A stretch of DNA of 64,000 nt from Eledone cirrhosa (lineage: Eukaryota): contig OZ024757.1 in assembly GCA_964016885.1 (NCBI GenBank), positions 6,696,001 through 6,760,000 of the forward strand, written 5' to 3'. Positions 13,654 through 26,340 of this stretch are shown in pieces. Under the pieces are notes generated by a model, which did not search any database, was not told the DNA's origin, and saw only the letters and a program-made list of their open reading frames with translations. Positions within the stretch are counted from its first letter, which is position 1. The number at the start of each line of letters is the position of its first letter. The position numbers and the translations under genes were made by a program.

Positions 13654-15535
13654 TATTATTTGTTTTATTATAATCAAAATATGCTGTTAGTTAGATCTGC
13701 ATTGTGTACATTTTATATAATTTATGCCAGTTCCTTTTCTACATATCGAACATGGCCATTTCCCTGACGGAATAGAGTTTTGTCCTCTTTTCTACTCATC
13801 AACACTCATTCGTGACACAAAGTACAGCCAGCGGCATCATTGCGGACAGACTTAATCCTGATTTGCACTGACACACTGCCTCGCAATACGGAACACCGCA
13901 CGTCTTTGATCTTCTTCCCGTCGATCAGCCTCCTTGCCATGCAAAGTACACCTGACGTCTAGCTTCTCTCTTAGCGGCGGCTGTATATTCTTCTCTACTC
14001 CCACTAATTTTCCAAGCATTCCATGCTAGTCTTTAGTCTCCAATGGCCCGATCTACCGTGCTGTCCCACCACCATGTCACTCTCTGTCTGGTTGGAACTC
14101 TGATCCAGCCACAAGTTTAATCAGTAGCCTGCAATAAGTTGTCACATAAGAAAATCGAGTTCTCATGTATGTCATACGACTGTGAATCGTCTTCTTTTTC
14201 GTCATACACATATTGAAGGGCTTTCCTAAATTTCTATTTTAGTGAAATCTCTTTTAGCTTCCAGACCTTTCTTTTTTCCACATCTTCCTGTATGTCTCAA
14301 TCATACCTGGAGCTGTCCAACATGACCATTGAAATCCCCTGCTAGCATAACGATGTCTCCGTCCTGTCATTGTGGCTGTTTGTAAAAATTGCTTGTAAAT
14401 GAAGTCTTTCTTTTCTTTACCTAGCAGAAGCAATTAACACTAACCCAACCGTAACACTAACCCTAACACTAACTTATGCAGGCCTAGGTAAAGACAAGAA
14501 AGATAAAACAAGGAGTGATGCTTCTTGAATTTTGTGATGCAAGTGTTTTAACCATTTGCAAAACCAACTTCCACAAACCTGCCTCACTGCCGCCTAATAA
14601 CCTACAAATCAGGCAAGCACAGAAGCCGGATTTCTCGGTAGTTAGGCAGCGAGACAGACAGATGGGGTGTGAAGTACCAGGGTGTGCCCCGGGGAGGAAT
14701 GTTTCCCACAGCGTGGGTTGGTTGTTGGTGATGTCTCGGTTATCTTGAGACGGAGTGAGACGTGCAGGAATACTCTCACGGAATCGCCAAATGAGGTTTA
14801 TTTTTCAACATAGTCCCTGGAATGAAACAATGTGGTTATTAAGAAGAATTGAAATTAATGTAAGATTTCACAGATCTATGATCAATCCTTCACAGTCAGC
14901 TTACAAAGTTTTCAGCCAAACCTTGTGTATTTCCAACATTTCAAACCCTATCTAGGACTACATTATCTAATGTACAGTACAGTAGTTAGTATTAGTGGCT
15001 ATCAGACATAGTGTATCTAAATGCAACATTTTTAACATTGTTTTTTTTTTCTTTTCTTTTCTTATTCAGATGACAGACGGCAGAGGATACAATAGAAGAA
15101 AAGAACAATGATAATTATTATTATTATTATTGTTGTTATTCCTTGAATCTCAGTCATTGATGTTGGTTAACTGGAAAGTCCGTTGGAATGAATATCAAGC
15201 CACTACCTGCAGCCTCAGATATTCAGGACGTATCGGAGGGTTCTTGCTGTTCCAAGCAAGCATGCCTTTTGAAGCGTTCCAAAAAGCGTGAAGGGGCCGA
15301 TTTTCTTTAACCATCCCTGGAAACTTTTGGAGATGGACAAAAAACTGGAACACAATAGACCTGACCTGGTGGTTGTGGACAAAGAAAAAAGATTGTGTCT
15401 GATTGTGGATGTGGCCTGCCCGTTCAACACGAGAGTGCAAGAGAAGGAGAGGGAGAAAATTAACCGATACCAGGACCTAAAGTGGGAGGTGAAAAGGATT
15501 TGGAACTGCCATGAAGTCAAAGTGATCCCGATTGA

Positions 15536-15566
<31 letters not shown>

Positions 15567-17447
15567 TATTATTTGTTTTATTATAATCAAAATATGCTGT
15601 TAGTTAGATCTGCATTGTGTACATTTTATATAATTTATGCCAGTTCCTTTTCTACATATCGAACATGGCCATTTCCCTGACGGAATAGAGTTTTGTCCTC
15701 TTTTCTACTCATCAACACTCATTCGTGACACAAAGTACAGCCAGCGGCATCATTGCGGACAGACTTAATCCTGATTTGCACTGACACACTGCCTCGCAAT
15801 ACGGAACACCGCACGTCTTTGATCTTCTTCCCGTCGATCAGCCTCCTTGCCATGCAAAGTACACCTGACGTCTAGCTTCTCTCTTAGCGGCGGCTGTATA
15901 TTCTTCTCTACTCCCACTAATTTTCCAAGCATTCCATGCTAGTCTTTAGTCTCCAATGGCCCGATCTACCGTGCTGTCCCACCACCATGTCACTCTCTGT
16001 CTGGTTGGAACTCTGATCCAGCCACAAGTTTAATCAGTAGCCTGCAATAAGTTGTCACATAAGAAAATCGAGTTCTCATGTATGTCATACGACTGTGAAT
16101 CGTCTTCTTTTTCGTCATACACATATTGAAGGGCTTTCCTAAATTTCTATTTTAGTGAAATCTCTTTTAGCTTCCAGACCTTTCTTTTTTCCACATCTTC
16201 CTGTATGTCTCAATCATACCTGGAGCTGTCCAACATGACCATTGAAATCCCCTGCTAGCATAACGATGTCTCCGTCCTGTCATTGTGGCTGTTTGTAAAA
16301 ATTGCTTGTAAATGAAGTCTTTCTTTTCTTTACCTAGCAGAAGCAATTAACACTAACCCAACCGTAACACTAACCCTAACACTAACTTATGCAGGCCTAG
16401 GTAAAGACAAGAAAGATAAAACAAGGAGTGATGCTTCTTGAATTTTATGATGCAAGTGTTTTAACCATTTGCAAAACCAACTTCCACAAACCTGCCTCAC
16501 TGCCGCCTAATAACCTACAAATCAGGCAAGCACAGAAGCCGGATTTCTCGGTAGTTAGGCAGCGAGACAGACAGATGGGGTGTGAAGTACCAGGGTGTGC
16601 CCCGGGGAGGAATGTTTCCCACAGCGTGGGTTGGTTGTTGGTGATGTCTCGGTTATCTTGAGACGGAGTGAGACGTGCAGGAATACTCTCACGGAATCGC
16701 CAAATGAGGTTTATTTTTCAACATAGTCCCTGGAATGAAACAATGTGGTTATTAAGAAGAATTGAAATTAATGTAAGATTTCACAGATCTATGATCAATC
16801 CTTCACAGTCAGCTTACAAAGTTTTCAGCCAAACCTTGTGTATTTCCAACATTTCAAACCCTATCTAGGACTACATTATCTAATGTACAGTACAGTAGTT
16901 AGTATTAGTGGCTATCAGACATAGTGTATCTAAATGCAACATTTTTAACATTGTTTTTTTTTTCTTTTCTTTTCTTATTCAGATGACAGACGGCAGAGGA
17001 TACAATAGAAGAAAAGAACAATGATAATTATTATTATTATTATTGTTGTTATTCCTTGAATCTCAGTCATTGATGTTGGTTAACTGGAAAGTCCGTTGGA
17101 ATGAATATCAAGCCACTACCTGCAGCCTCAGATATTCAGGACGTATCGGAGGGTTCTTGCTGTTCCAAGCAAGCATGCCTTTTGAAGCGTTCCAAAAAGC
17201 GTGAAGGGGCCGATTTTCTTTAACCATCCCTGGAAACTTTTGGAGATGGACAAAAAACTGGAACACAATAGACCTGACCTGGTGGTTGTGGACAAAGAAA
17301 AAAGATCGTGTCTGATTGTGGATGTGGCCTGCCCGTTCAACACGAGAGTGCAAGAGAAGGAGAGGGAGAAAATTAACCGATACCAGGACCTAAAGTGGGA
17401 GGTGAAAAGGATTTGGAACTGCCATGAAGTCAAAGTGATCCCGATTG

Positions 17448-17488
<41 letters not shown>

Positions 17489-17893
17489 TATTATTTGTTT
17501 TATTATAATCAAAATATGCTGTTAGTTAGATCTGCATTGTGTACATTTTATATAATTTATGCCAGTTCCTTTTCTACATATCGAACATGGCCATTTCCCT
17601 GACGGAATAGAGTTTTGTCCTCTTTTCTACTCATCAACACTCATTCGTGACACAAAGTACAGCCAGCGGCATCATTGCGGACAGACTTAATCCTGATTTG
17701 CACTGACACACTGCCTCGCAATACGGAACACCGCACGTCTTTGATCTTCTTCCCGTCGATCAGCCTCCTTGCCATGCAAAGTACACCTGACGTCTAGCTT
17801 CTCTCTTAGCGGCGGCGGCTGTATATTCTTCTCTACTCCCACTAATTTTCCAAGCATTCCATGCTAGTCTTTAGTCTCCAATGGCCCGATCTA
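11655..17893. repeat. Tandem amplification of an RTE-derived block with a 1913-bp period (first copy ~1460 bp, lacking an insert)
   Basis: Near-identical ORFs at 12602/14515/16428 and 13375/15288/17201 (offset 1913). Unit contains RTE fragments on both strands and ACACTAACCC telomere-like repeats. Confidence 0.95.
13226..13620 (-). mobile_element. R4/Dong-like RLE retrotransposon 3' fragment with an inverted 5' part, inserted in (ATT)n; copies at 15139-15533 and 17052-17446
   Basis: Plus strand gives DKKLEHNRPDLVVVDK...DVACP...EKINRYQDL...VIPI (RLE motif). Minus strand gives ISKSFQGWLKKIG...LQKACLLGTARTLR (C-terminus) followed by an (AAT)n tail. Confidence 0.8.
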
Positions 17894-18045
17894 CAGTTTC
17901 TGTCTCAACTCGTCTATGCTTGGTCGTTCCCGCACATTGACATTGCACATCCAACGGAGCATGCTTGCTTCATTTCTCTCCAGCCGTCGCATGTCCTCTG
18001 CAGTTGCTGCCCGTGTCTCACTACCATGCAGCATCGCGCATCTAA
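17893..18045 (-). mobile_element. RTE fragment
   Basis: MLHGSET...RRLERNEASMLRWMC on the minus strand. Confidence 0.8.
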
Positions 18046-18084
18046 ACCTGGCCCTTACCCTAACCCCAACCTCTTTGGTTTTCG

Positions 18085-18922
18085 TTTTCTCGACGGCTAG
18101 CCGCATTTCGTGATCCGCCTTTCGATTGCGCTTCCGTCGCGGCAAAAGAATTGCCTTTCCAGACCGCCGTCGCCCGACCGGACCCATGATAGAAGACGTT
18201 CGTTACCGTTGGAGCAACGCAAATTACTCCTCGGTTGACGCCAAAAACGAACGCCTTCCCGCCTCGCGCCGCCTTCTCCTCGCCAACCCTCGGCCTCGAC
18301 GATTAGCCACTTTCCGTCACAGCAGTAGATACGCGTCCGTCGTAATAGCCGTCATTTTAACGCAGGAGAAACGCCTAATTGCCCTGCACCGCGTTTGACG
18401 GCGATCTACGACGGCGACGATGCGCGCACTCTTCCTTGCTGCGACGAAGGTTTCGGCTTTTCGTCGTGGACCCGGTCAGGTCATGCCGCTGACCTCGCGT
18501 TACGGCGACGCGAGAAGACGTTCGTTACCGCTGGAGCAACGCAAATTACTCCTCGGTTGACGCCAAAAACGAACGCCTCGCGCCGCCGCTTCCTCCTCGG
18601 CCTCGACGATTAGCCGCTTTCCGTCACAGCAGTAGATACGCGTCCATCGTAATAGCCGTCATTTTAACGCAGGAGAAACGCCTTGACGACGATATACGAC
18701 GGGTCGACGACGCGCGCACTCTTTCTGCTGCGACGAAGGTTTTGGCTTTTCGTTGTGGACCCGGTCGGGTCATGCCTCTGACCTCGCGTTGCGTCGCCAC
18801 CGCCGCGGCGGGCTTGGGTTTAGCCGTAGCTACCCTCGTTTTGCCAACGGCGACGCGAGAAGACGTTCGTTACCGCTGGAGCAACGCAAATTACTCCTCG
18901 GATGAGGCCAAAAACGAACGCT
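18085..18922 (+). other. Orphan copy of rDNA spacer/ETS-like sequence
   Basis: Shares GAAGACGTTCGTTACCGCTGGAGCAACGCAAATTACTCCTCGG and CCGTCACAGCAGTAG...TAATAGCCGTCATTTTAA blocks with 25211-26110, the region upstream of the 18S fragment. Confidence 0.7.
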
Positions 18923-19000
18923 GAAGAGATATTGTCCATGGATATCGGGAATTTTACCCGCCCTAGATAGATAGATAGATAGGGATGTATGTATGTATGT

Positions 19001-19040
<40 letters not shown>

Positions 19041-19417
19041 GTATGTATCTTTCTCATTCTCTCTGTATGTATGTATGTATGTATATATATATAATTATAT
19101 ATTTATAGACATCCTGAAAGCTTTTTAAATGTCTGAGAGATTGGCTAAATATGTTTTGCAGGTATGACCAGTAAGAGAGAGGTAAGTTATTTCAAAACAA
19201 TTCTTTGACCATTATTTTAAGGTACTATCTCAGTGTATTTTTAAATTGACCTCTTGATAGGATGAAATGACCTGTATAATTTTTTTCATATTTAGATGGA
19301 ATAGAAGAAAAACAAGAAAAATGAAATGAATTCAAACAGAAAATATACACCAATGCCAATGGAGGTATGATTTCAGTTTAATCTTAACCTAATGACCACT
19401 TTACAGAGTGTACTGGA

Positions 19418-19496
<79 letters not shown>

Positions 19497-19949
19497 AGGA
19501 AGCTCCAACCGTTAAGGTTGTCTTTCCATTTATTAATATATTGTGTATTTACTCCACTAAACTGTTGAGTGCTTTATATCAGTTATAAAAAAATTTCAGC
19601 TTGTTGAATCCCAAAATAGTTGTTGAAACAGCCACAGCTCAGCCGTCGGGGTCCTGAATATTTATCATATATATATACGTATGAGTGTGTGTGTTTTGAG
19701 AATTAATAATTATATAAACAAGTTTGTAATGAACAATTTATTTCTTATCAAAACTGTATAAACATGATATTATTTACAGTAAGAATAACAATAATAATGA
19801 TGGTTTCTAGTAAAGGTGGAAGGCCAGTAATTTGGGGGAGGGGAAAGTTGCTTAAATCGAAGAGAGAAAGAAAGAAGAAACAGAACGGGAAGGAGAGGGG
19901 ATGGCAAGAGGTCCGGTGTCGCAGGAGAGAGGGGAGGGTGGTTGAGCTT

Positions 19950-20440
19950 TGAGTCTAGGGCAAGAGGGCAGAAATGCTGCGCCCCACGGATAAGACGGCA
20001 AAAATATTCTCGCGGACGATGGCCAGAGATACCCAATGCAACAACCACCCAACCTCGCGGTGTTCCCTCCTCAGATGGGCTGCTGACTCTCCGATCTTTT
20101 GGAGGAGCTCGGCAGTACAAGGTCCAAGTACTCCTGGGGTCTCGACGTTGACTGGTGCAGAGAGGAAGTGGCCGGACAATCCTCGGTATTTGTTTATTTT
20201 ACGTTCTTCTGCGAGGTGGGCTGCGATGCCGGGGTTTGTGACCGAAACGACTTGGAAACGAAGTTGTAGGCGGAGATTGTGTCGTAGCTGGTGGTGTCCC
20301 AGATGAGGGACCTACGTCCTTCGAATGGGAAGAGAGTGATTCCGTCGGGGCGCTTGCCATCTCCGGGACCTGTTGGCCCCAGTTGTGATGGGAAGCCAGC
20401 TGCGTCCAGGCTTCTTCTCAATATGTCGTTGACAACGACG
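19950..20440 (-). mobile_element. CRE-like non-LTR retrotransposon 3' fragment (restriction-like endonuclease)
   Basis: Minus-strand peptides GKRPDGITLFPF...LIWDTT and VETPGVLG...IG...RE...VSLAIVREN match the RLE motif pattern of CRE-type elements; frameshifted. Confidence 0.7.
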
Positions 20441-20987
20441 TGTATCTATTCAATAATTATTTGAATATTGAAATTTTAGGTTTAACTACCTTTTAAACCA
20501 AATACATTAAGAAAGGCATGACCAACACCACATCATTTTTATTTCTATTTTGAAAGTAGGTTTATAAGTATTAAATTTCAGTAGATTCTTATATCCTTCA
20601 TGGTGGTCTGGTGGGAGATACGAGAGATGGTGGAGGTTCTGGTCTGGGGTTCAATCCTGCTCAGGAGATACTCTAAGGGGGTTCATACTAAACTTCTTCA
20701 GTGTTTCTTATCTCTAGAGACAAATATATATACATAAGGTAATCTGGTAAAGTTGTTAGAACATCACATAGAATTCTTTGTAGTATTTTTTCCAGTTCTT
20801 CAATCTGAGTTCAACTTTACTTTTCTTCCATTCGGGGTTGATAATAACGTACCAGTCAAATACTAGGGGTTAATTCTTCCTCTATATCTCTTTCTCACTC
20901 TCTGTCTGTTTTATTAAGACCTGGAGAGGTGATGTACTCTACCAGGTTTTATAATGAGTGATGGGGTCATACCTGCCTGCTACACCT

Positions 20988-21522
20988 CTGTGTACTAAGT
21001 GTAGCATATTATATCCTTGTTCAGGGCCTTCCTGACATTACTGTGTACTAAGGGTAGCATTTTATATCCTTGTTCAGGGCCATCTTAACATTGCTGTGTA
21101 CTAAGTGTAGCATATTATATCCTTGTTCGGGGCCTTCCTGACATTAGTGTGTACTGAGTGTAGATTTTAACATCCTTGTTCTGGGCCTTCCTAACATTAC
21201 TGTGTACTGAGTGTAGATTTTAACATCTTTGTTCAGGGCCTTCCTAACATTGCTGTGTACTAGGTGTAGCATATTATATCCTTGTTCAGGGCCCTCCTGA
21301 CATTACTGTGTACTAAGTGTAGATTTTGATATCCTTGTTCAGGGCCATCCTAACATTACTGTGTACTAAGAGTAGCATTATATATCCTTGTTCAGGGCCT
21401 TCCTAACATTACTGTGTACTAAATGTAGATTTGGATATCCTTGTTCAGAGCCTTCCTTACATTACTGTGTACTAAGTGTAGCATTTCATATACTTGTTCT
21501 GGGCCTTCCTAACGTTACTGTG
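20988..21522. repeat. 53-bp minisatellite, ~10 copies
   Basis: CTGTGTACTAAGTGTAG...ATCCTTGTTCAGGGCCTTCCTAACATTA recurs at 20988, 21041, 21094 and onward. Confidence 0.9.
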
Positions 21523-21529
21523 GAAATAG

Positions 21530-22310
21530 TAGTTTATATCCAATATGTAATATAGATATGGATTCTACAGGACTAAAACTCATTAATATGAGGGGTATTA
21601 GTAGATTATATGCCATATTTAATAGAGAAATGGCTTCTACAAGACTAAAACTCATTAATATGAGGGGTATTACAGTTTATATGCCATATTTAATACAGAA
21701 ATGGCTTCTAAAGGACTAGAACTCTTTAAATTGAATAAAATAGTAGTATATATCCTATGTTTAATACAGAAATGCCTTCTAAAGGACTCATTAATATGAG
21801 GGTATTAGTAGATTATATAACATATTTAATACAGAAATGGCTTTTAAATTCAGGGACTCGTTAATTTGATGGAAATAGTAGTGTCTATGCAATATTTAAT
21901 ACAGAAATAGCTTCTACAGGACTAAAACTAATTAATATGAGGGGTATTAGTAGTATATGTGCCATATTTAATACAGAGATGGCTTCTAAATGGAGGTATC
22001 TCATTAATTCGATTGAAATGGTAGTGTATATGCAATATTTAATACAGAAATAGCTTCTACAAGAATAAAACTCATTAATATGAAGGTTATTATTACATTA
22101 TATGCCATATTTAATACAGAAATCGGTTCTAAAGGACTAGAACTCTTTAATTCAAATCAAATAGTAGTATAAAGCAATATTTACTACAGAAATGGCTTCT
22201 ACAAGACTAAAAATCCTTAATATGAGGGGTATTGTTAGATTATATACCATATTTAATACAGAAATGGCTTCTAAATGAAGAAATCTCTTTAATTCGATAG
22301 TAATAGTAAT
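21530..22310. repeat. ~70-bp AT-rich minisatellite, ~11 diverged copies
   Basis: Recurrent ATATTTAATACAGAAATGGCTTCTA...CTCATTAATATGAGGGGTATT. Confidence 0.85.
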
Positions 22311-23309
22311 AATAATAATAGTAATAGTAATAATACAGCCAATTTTCCACGCAATACTTTTAGTTAGCACCCCGAACGCATAATTGGGAATATAATCACT
22401 TATTTCCTAATGTTTGTTGAGTGAGTTGGGAAAAAAAACTTGGGAAATATATTTTCAGGGTCTCAAAATCTTAAAGAGAAAAAAAAGTCCTGTGGAAGGT
22501 AGCAAAACAATTAGGAAGAAAATGGTTTGAAGTTGGTTGGTGAGTATAAGATTACAGTATCTTGTTGATTTCTATAAAGTTTACTTTTAACTGAATTGGT
22601 AAAAATGGATAAATTAGAAGACACAATATAATAACTAATATTGTCTTCTAAAACAGGGAATAAAAATATGTTGGTGTATTGGGGGGGGGGGGGGGGTAAA
22701 CATGTGAGTTAATGGGAATGTTTTTGTTTGTTTTTATTGAAACATATTCAATCTACAGATAGGTTGTTATAGTTATTTAGTCTCGGGTCTGCCATTATCT
22801 GCAGATTTATAATTGAGGGGTGTTCCAGGTGTGACCACCCTACATTATTCCTAGAGATTGTTACTCCTTCATTCTTCAGTCATCTTGGTCTTCTTATGAG
22901 ATGGTGGTGTAGTCTTATTTATTGTTAAGGTTATGGTCTTCCTTTGTCCACACTCTCTATCTATCTATCTATCTATCTATCAAAGGCTTCCTTCTCTGGA
23001 AAAAGATGATTTAATATTCACAACCATCTGTCTAATTGTTTTCTGATGAGAATAAAGTTAATCTTGCTTGTATGTCTACCTGATCAAATGACTGGCTGAT
23101 ATCTTGAAGTCATTTACACCACAGAACTGTAGGAGTCTTGATCCCTCAAGCCATACCTCTAGCCATCATGTACTCCAAAAGAGTCTCACCTTGGTGCTAC
23201 TCAACATGTCCATTAAATTTAGCAGCAAGGATGCCCTCTTCTTAGTGAGAGACAACTACAAGAGAGGTTCTTAGAGAAGAATAAGCCACTATAGTTAACT
23301 TTTGTTGAC

Positions 23310-24010
23310 ATAGAGAACCCCGATCTGTCATCTGGTGGTCCTTAAGGAAACTAGGTGTAGGGGAATGGCTTGTGAGGACAGTGCAAGCTATGTACAAGGG
23401 TGCTGTCAGTAAAGTGAGAGGAGGAATTCCAGAAACAAAGTAGGTGTACATCAGGGTTCGGTCCTCAGTCCGCTCTTGTTCATTATAGTCCTCCCTCCCT
23501 CCCTCCCTCCCTCCCTCCAAGCCATAACAGAGGAGGAGTAGTTTAAGACTGGATGCCCATGGGAACTTCTCTATGCTGACGATCTGGTTCTTATAGCAGA
23601 ATCAGTAGAGGAGCTAGCTAGAGAATAAATTCTGGCTATGGAAACAGCAGTAGTTGGAATCAAGAAGACTGAGAGTGAACCTAGCTAAGACAAAAGTGTT
23701 TATAAGTAGAAGAGAGGACAAAACTCTGATTCTGTCAGGGAAATGGCCATGTTCGATATGTAGGAAAGGAGTTGGCATAAATTCTATGAAATGTAGTACG
23801 CAATGCAGATCTTGGCTACACAAGAGATGTAGTGGGATAGCAGGAAAACTGACTGACAGGTAGGGAGAAATACGTATGCAGTAGATGTACAGGGAAATTT
23901 GACAGAGATTGCAGTGATAGACACATTTTTCAAATGCAGGTGGGATCTATAGAGGGAGTTGATAGCTTCTGATACCTAGGTGATCAGATTAGTAAGGGAG
24001 GAGGGTGATA
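23310..24010 (+). mobile_element. Degraded RTE RT fragment (duplicate at ~36070-36770)
   Basis: HQGSVLSP, GCPWELLYADD and GKWPCSICRKGVG motifs with stops and frameshifts. Confidence 0.85.
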
Positions 24011-25124
24011 TAAAATATATTGTTATCATGACTGTCTTTATTATTTAAATTACCTCTGTCTATTTACAGATTTTACAGAGTGTACTGGGTGCTTTTATGA
24101 TGGGAGCAGCAACTCTATACGATTTTACAGAGTGTACTTGGTGCTTTTATCATGGCACATGGCAGCAGCAGCAGCAGCAACTACGATTTTACAGAGTGTA
24201 CTTGGTGCTTTTTACTCTGACATCAGCACTGAGGAAGTTGTCATATTTTCAGCTAAATTAATGAGTAGAAAAACCAAGTTTCTGCTACAAAAAATTCTCA
24301 GATTCAAGGGAGACATTCAGTTTAAGTATGGTATACTGTCACTAAGGCAGCAAATTGGCAGAGTCGCTAGAATATCAGATAGCATTCTTTACATTATTTG
24401 TTTCAGCTCTCTGTTCTCTCAATTCAAATCCTGCTCAGGTCAACTTTGCCTTTCATCCATACAAAATAGATTAATAAAAGTACCAGTGTATTACTGGGGT
24501 CAATTCTTCTTCTAACTCTTCTGCACTTCCATTCTCTCACTCTCTCTCTCTCTCTCTCTATGCTTCTTTAGAACACATCTGCTGTATTCAGACCTGGAGC
24601 GGAGATGGGCTCCACCAAGTTTTAAAAATTGCCCTTTAAGCGCTGTATGTCAATATGGTGCCCCTATGATTCCCTCCCTCAGGAGTTATGGGACCATAGA
24701 TACTGTCAATTGTAAAGAATAACAGAGATATTCAGTGCTAGTGTGGTGTTCTGTCAGTTGTGGAGATTGATGAATCTAAACAGAAATATCAACAGCACTT
24801 TTCATTTCTGAGTAACACATTTGTTACCAAGTGCTGCATGGCTGGAATGAAAATCAGTGCTGTGAAAACCAAGACATTCATCCTCTCAAGGAAGCTTGTG
24901 CAGTGCACTCTACATGTAAATGGAGTCCCACTGAAGCAGGTAGAAAAGTTCATGTATCTCGAAGCTGTGTTCACGAGTGATGACAGAGACGGCAAAGGCA
25001 CAACACACAACAGAAGAAAAGAACAATGACAATTATTATTATTATTATTATTATTATTATTTGTTTTATTAGTTTTATTATAATAAAAATTGTGCTGTTA
25101 GTTTGCTTGCTATACCATCATGTA

Positions 25125-25211
25125 CCCTAACCCTAAACCTAACCCCAACTCCAACTCTGACCCTAAACCTAACCCCAACCCCAACCCTAACCCTAACCCT
25201 AACCCTAACCC
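25125..25211. repeat. Interstitial telomeric tract (CCCTAA)n with variants; duplicate at ~37915-38001
   Basis: Perfect CCCTAA repeats next to the spacer repeat, degenerate copies further left. Confidence 0.9.
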
Positions 25212-25790
25212 ACGATAGAAGACGTTCGTTACCGCTGGAGCAACGCAAATTACTCCTCGGTTGACGCCAAAAACGAACGCCTTCTCGACGGCTAGCCGCA
25301 TTTCGTGATCCGCCTTTCGATTGCGCTTCCGTCGCGGAAAAAGAATTGCCTTTATAGGCCGCCGCCGCCCGACCGGACCCACGATAGAAGACGTTCGTTA
25401 CCGCTGGAGCAACGCAAATTACTCCTCGGTTGACGCCAAAAACGAACGCCTTCTCGACGGCTAGCCGCATTTCGTGATCCGCCTTTCGATTGCGCTTCCG
25501 TCGCGGAAAAAGAATTGCCTTTATAGGCCGCCGCCGCCCGACCGGACCCACGATAGAAGACGTTCGTTACCGCTGGAGCAACGCAAATTACTCCTCGGTT
25601 GACGCCAAAAACGAACGCCTTCTCGACGGCTAGCCGCATTTCGTGATCCGCCTTTCGATTGCGCTTCCGTCGCGGAAAAAGAATTGCCTTTATAGGCCGC
25701 CGCCGCCGCCCGACCGGACCCACGATAGAAGACGTTCTTTACCGCTGGAGCAACGCAAATTACTCCTCGGTTGACGCCAAAAACGAACGC
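25208..25790 (+). repeat. 169-172-bp tandem repeats, probably rDNA intergenic-spacer subrepeats (3.5 copies; 3 more at ~37998-38487)
   Basis: Period 169/169/172, CpG-rich, lying ~360 bp upstream of the 18S 5' end. The IGS/ETS identity is inferred from position. Confidence 0.7.
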
Positions 25791-26151
25791 CTTCCGGTTC
25801 GGGCGACGTAAAAGTCTGTAGCCTTTTCGCCGATCCTCGACGATTATCCGCCTTCCGAACAACCGCCTTTCCGCCGTCACAGCAGTAGGTACTCGTCCGT
25901 CGTAATAGCCGTCATTTTAATGCAGGAGAAACGCCTAAATGCACTGCGATTGACGACGATCTACGACGCGCTTACTCTTCCTTGCTGCGACGAAGGTTTC
26001 GTTCGGCTTTTCGTCGTGGACCCGGTCAGGTCATGCCGCTGATCTCGCGTTGCGTCGTTACCGCTGGAGCAACGCAAATTACTCCTCGTTTAACGCCAAC
26101 ATCGAACGCGCTTCGGTTCTCGGTCGTCGTTGTTTTGTTTCGTGCGGAAGA

Positions 26152-26340
26152 TACCTGGGTGATCCTGCCAGTAGTCATATGCTTGTCTCAAAGCTTAAGC
26201 CATGCAAGTGGAAGTTCATGCCGTAAACGAAAATGGTGAAACCGCGAATGGCTCAGGAACCGGATCTAATCCTCGGGACCGTATTCCTCACCGCGAGGAG
26301 AGGATAACTGTGGCAATTCTAGAGCTAATACATGCAATTG
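26152..26340 (+). rRNA. 18S: 18S rRNA 5' fragment (~190 nt, pseudogenic)
   Basis: TACCTGGGTGATCCTGCCAGTAGTCATATGCTTGTCTCAAAG.TTAAGCCATGCA...GAAACCGCGAATGGCTCA...GGATAACTGTGGCAATTCTAGAGCTAATACATGC is the conserved eukaryotic SSU 5' end. Confidence 0.93.

Larger units (their letters stand above)
22478..25694 (+). repeat. Segmental duplication copy 1 (RTE fragments, SINE, telomeric tract, spacer repeats)
   Basis: Near-identical to 35246-38487; the same ORFs recur at 23654/36413, 24132/36891 and 24760/37553. Confidence 0.95.

Noticed and set aside
19140-19370. Possible small exons (TTTGCAG...GTAAGT; TTTAG...GTATG)
   Set aside because: Splice-like words only, with no coherent reading frame or homology.
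24750-24800. VVEIDESK peptide resembling the Merlin/ISXO2 catalytic motif
   Set aside because: Too short, with stops nearby, and it runs into an RT-like fragment; cannot be distinguished from chance.
26152-26340. Functional 18S gene or contaminant rDNA
   Set aside because: Only ~190 nt is present before the satellite, and it is embedded among host-type repeats within a local duplication.
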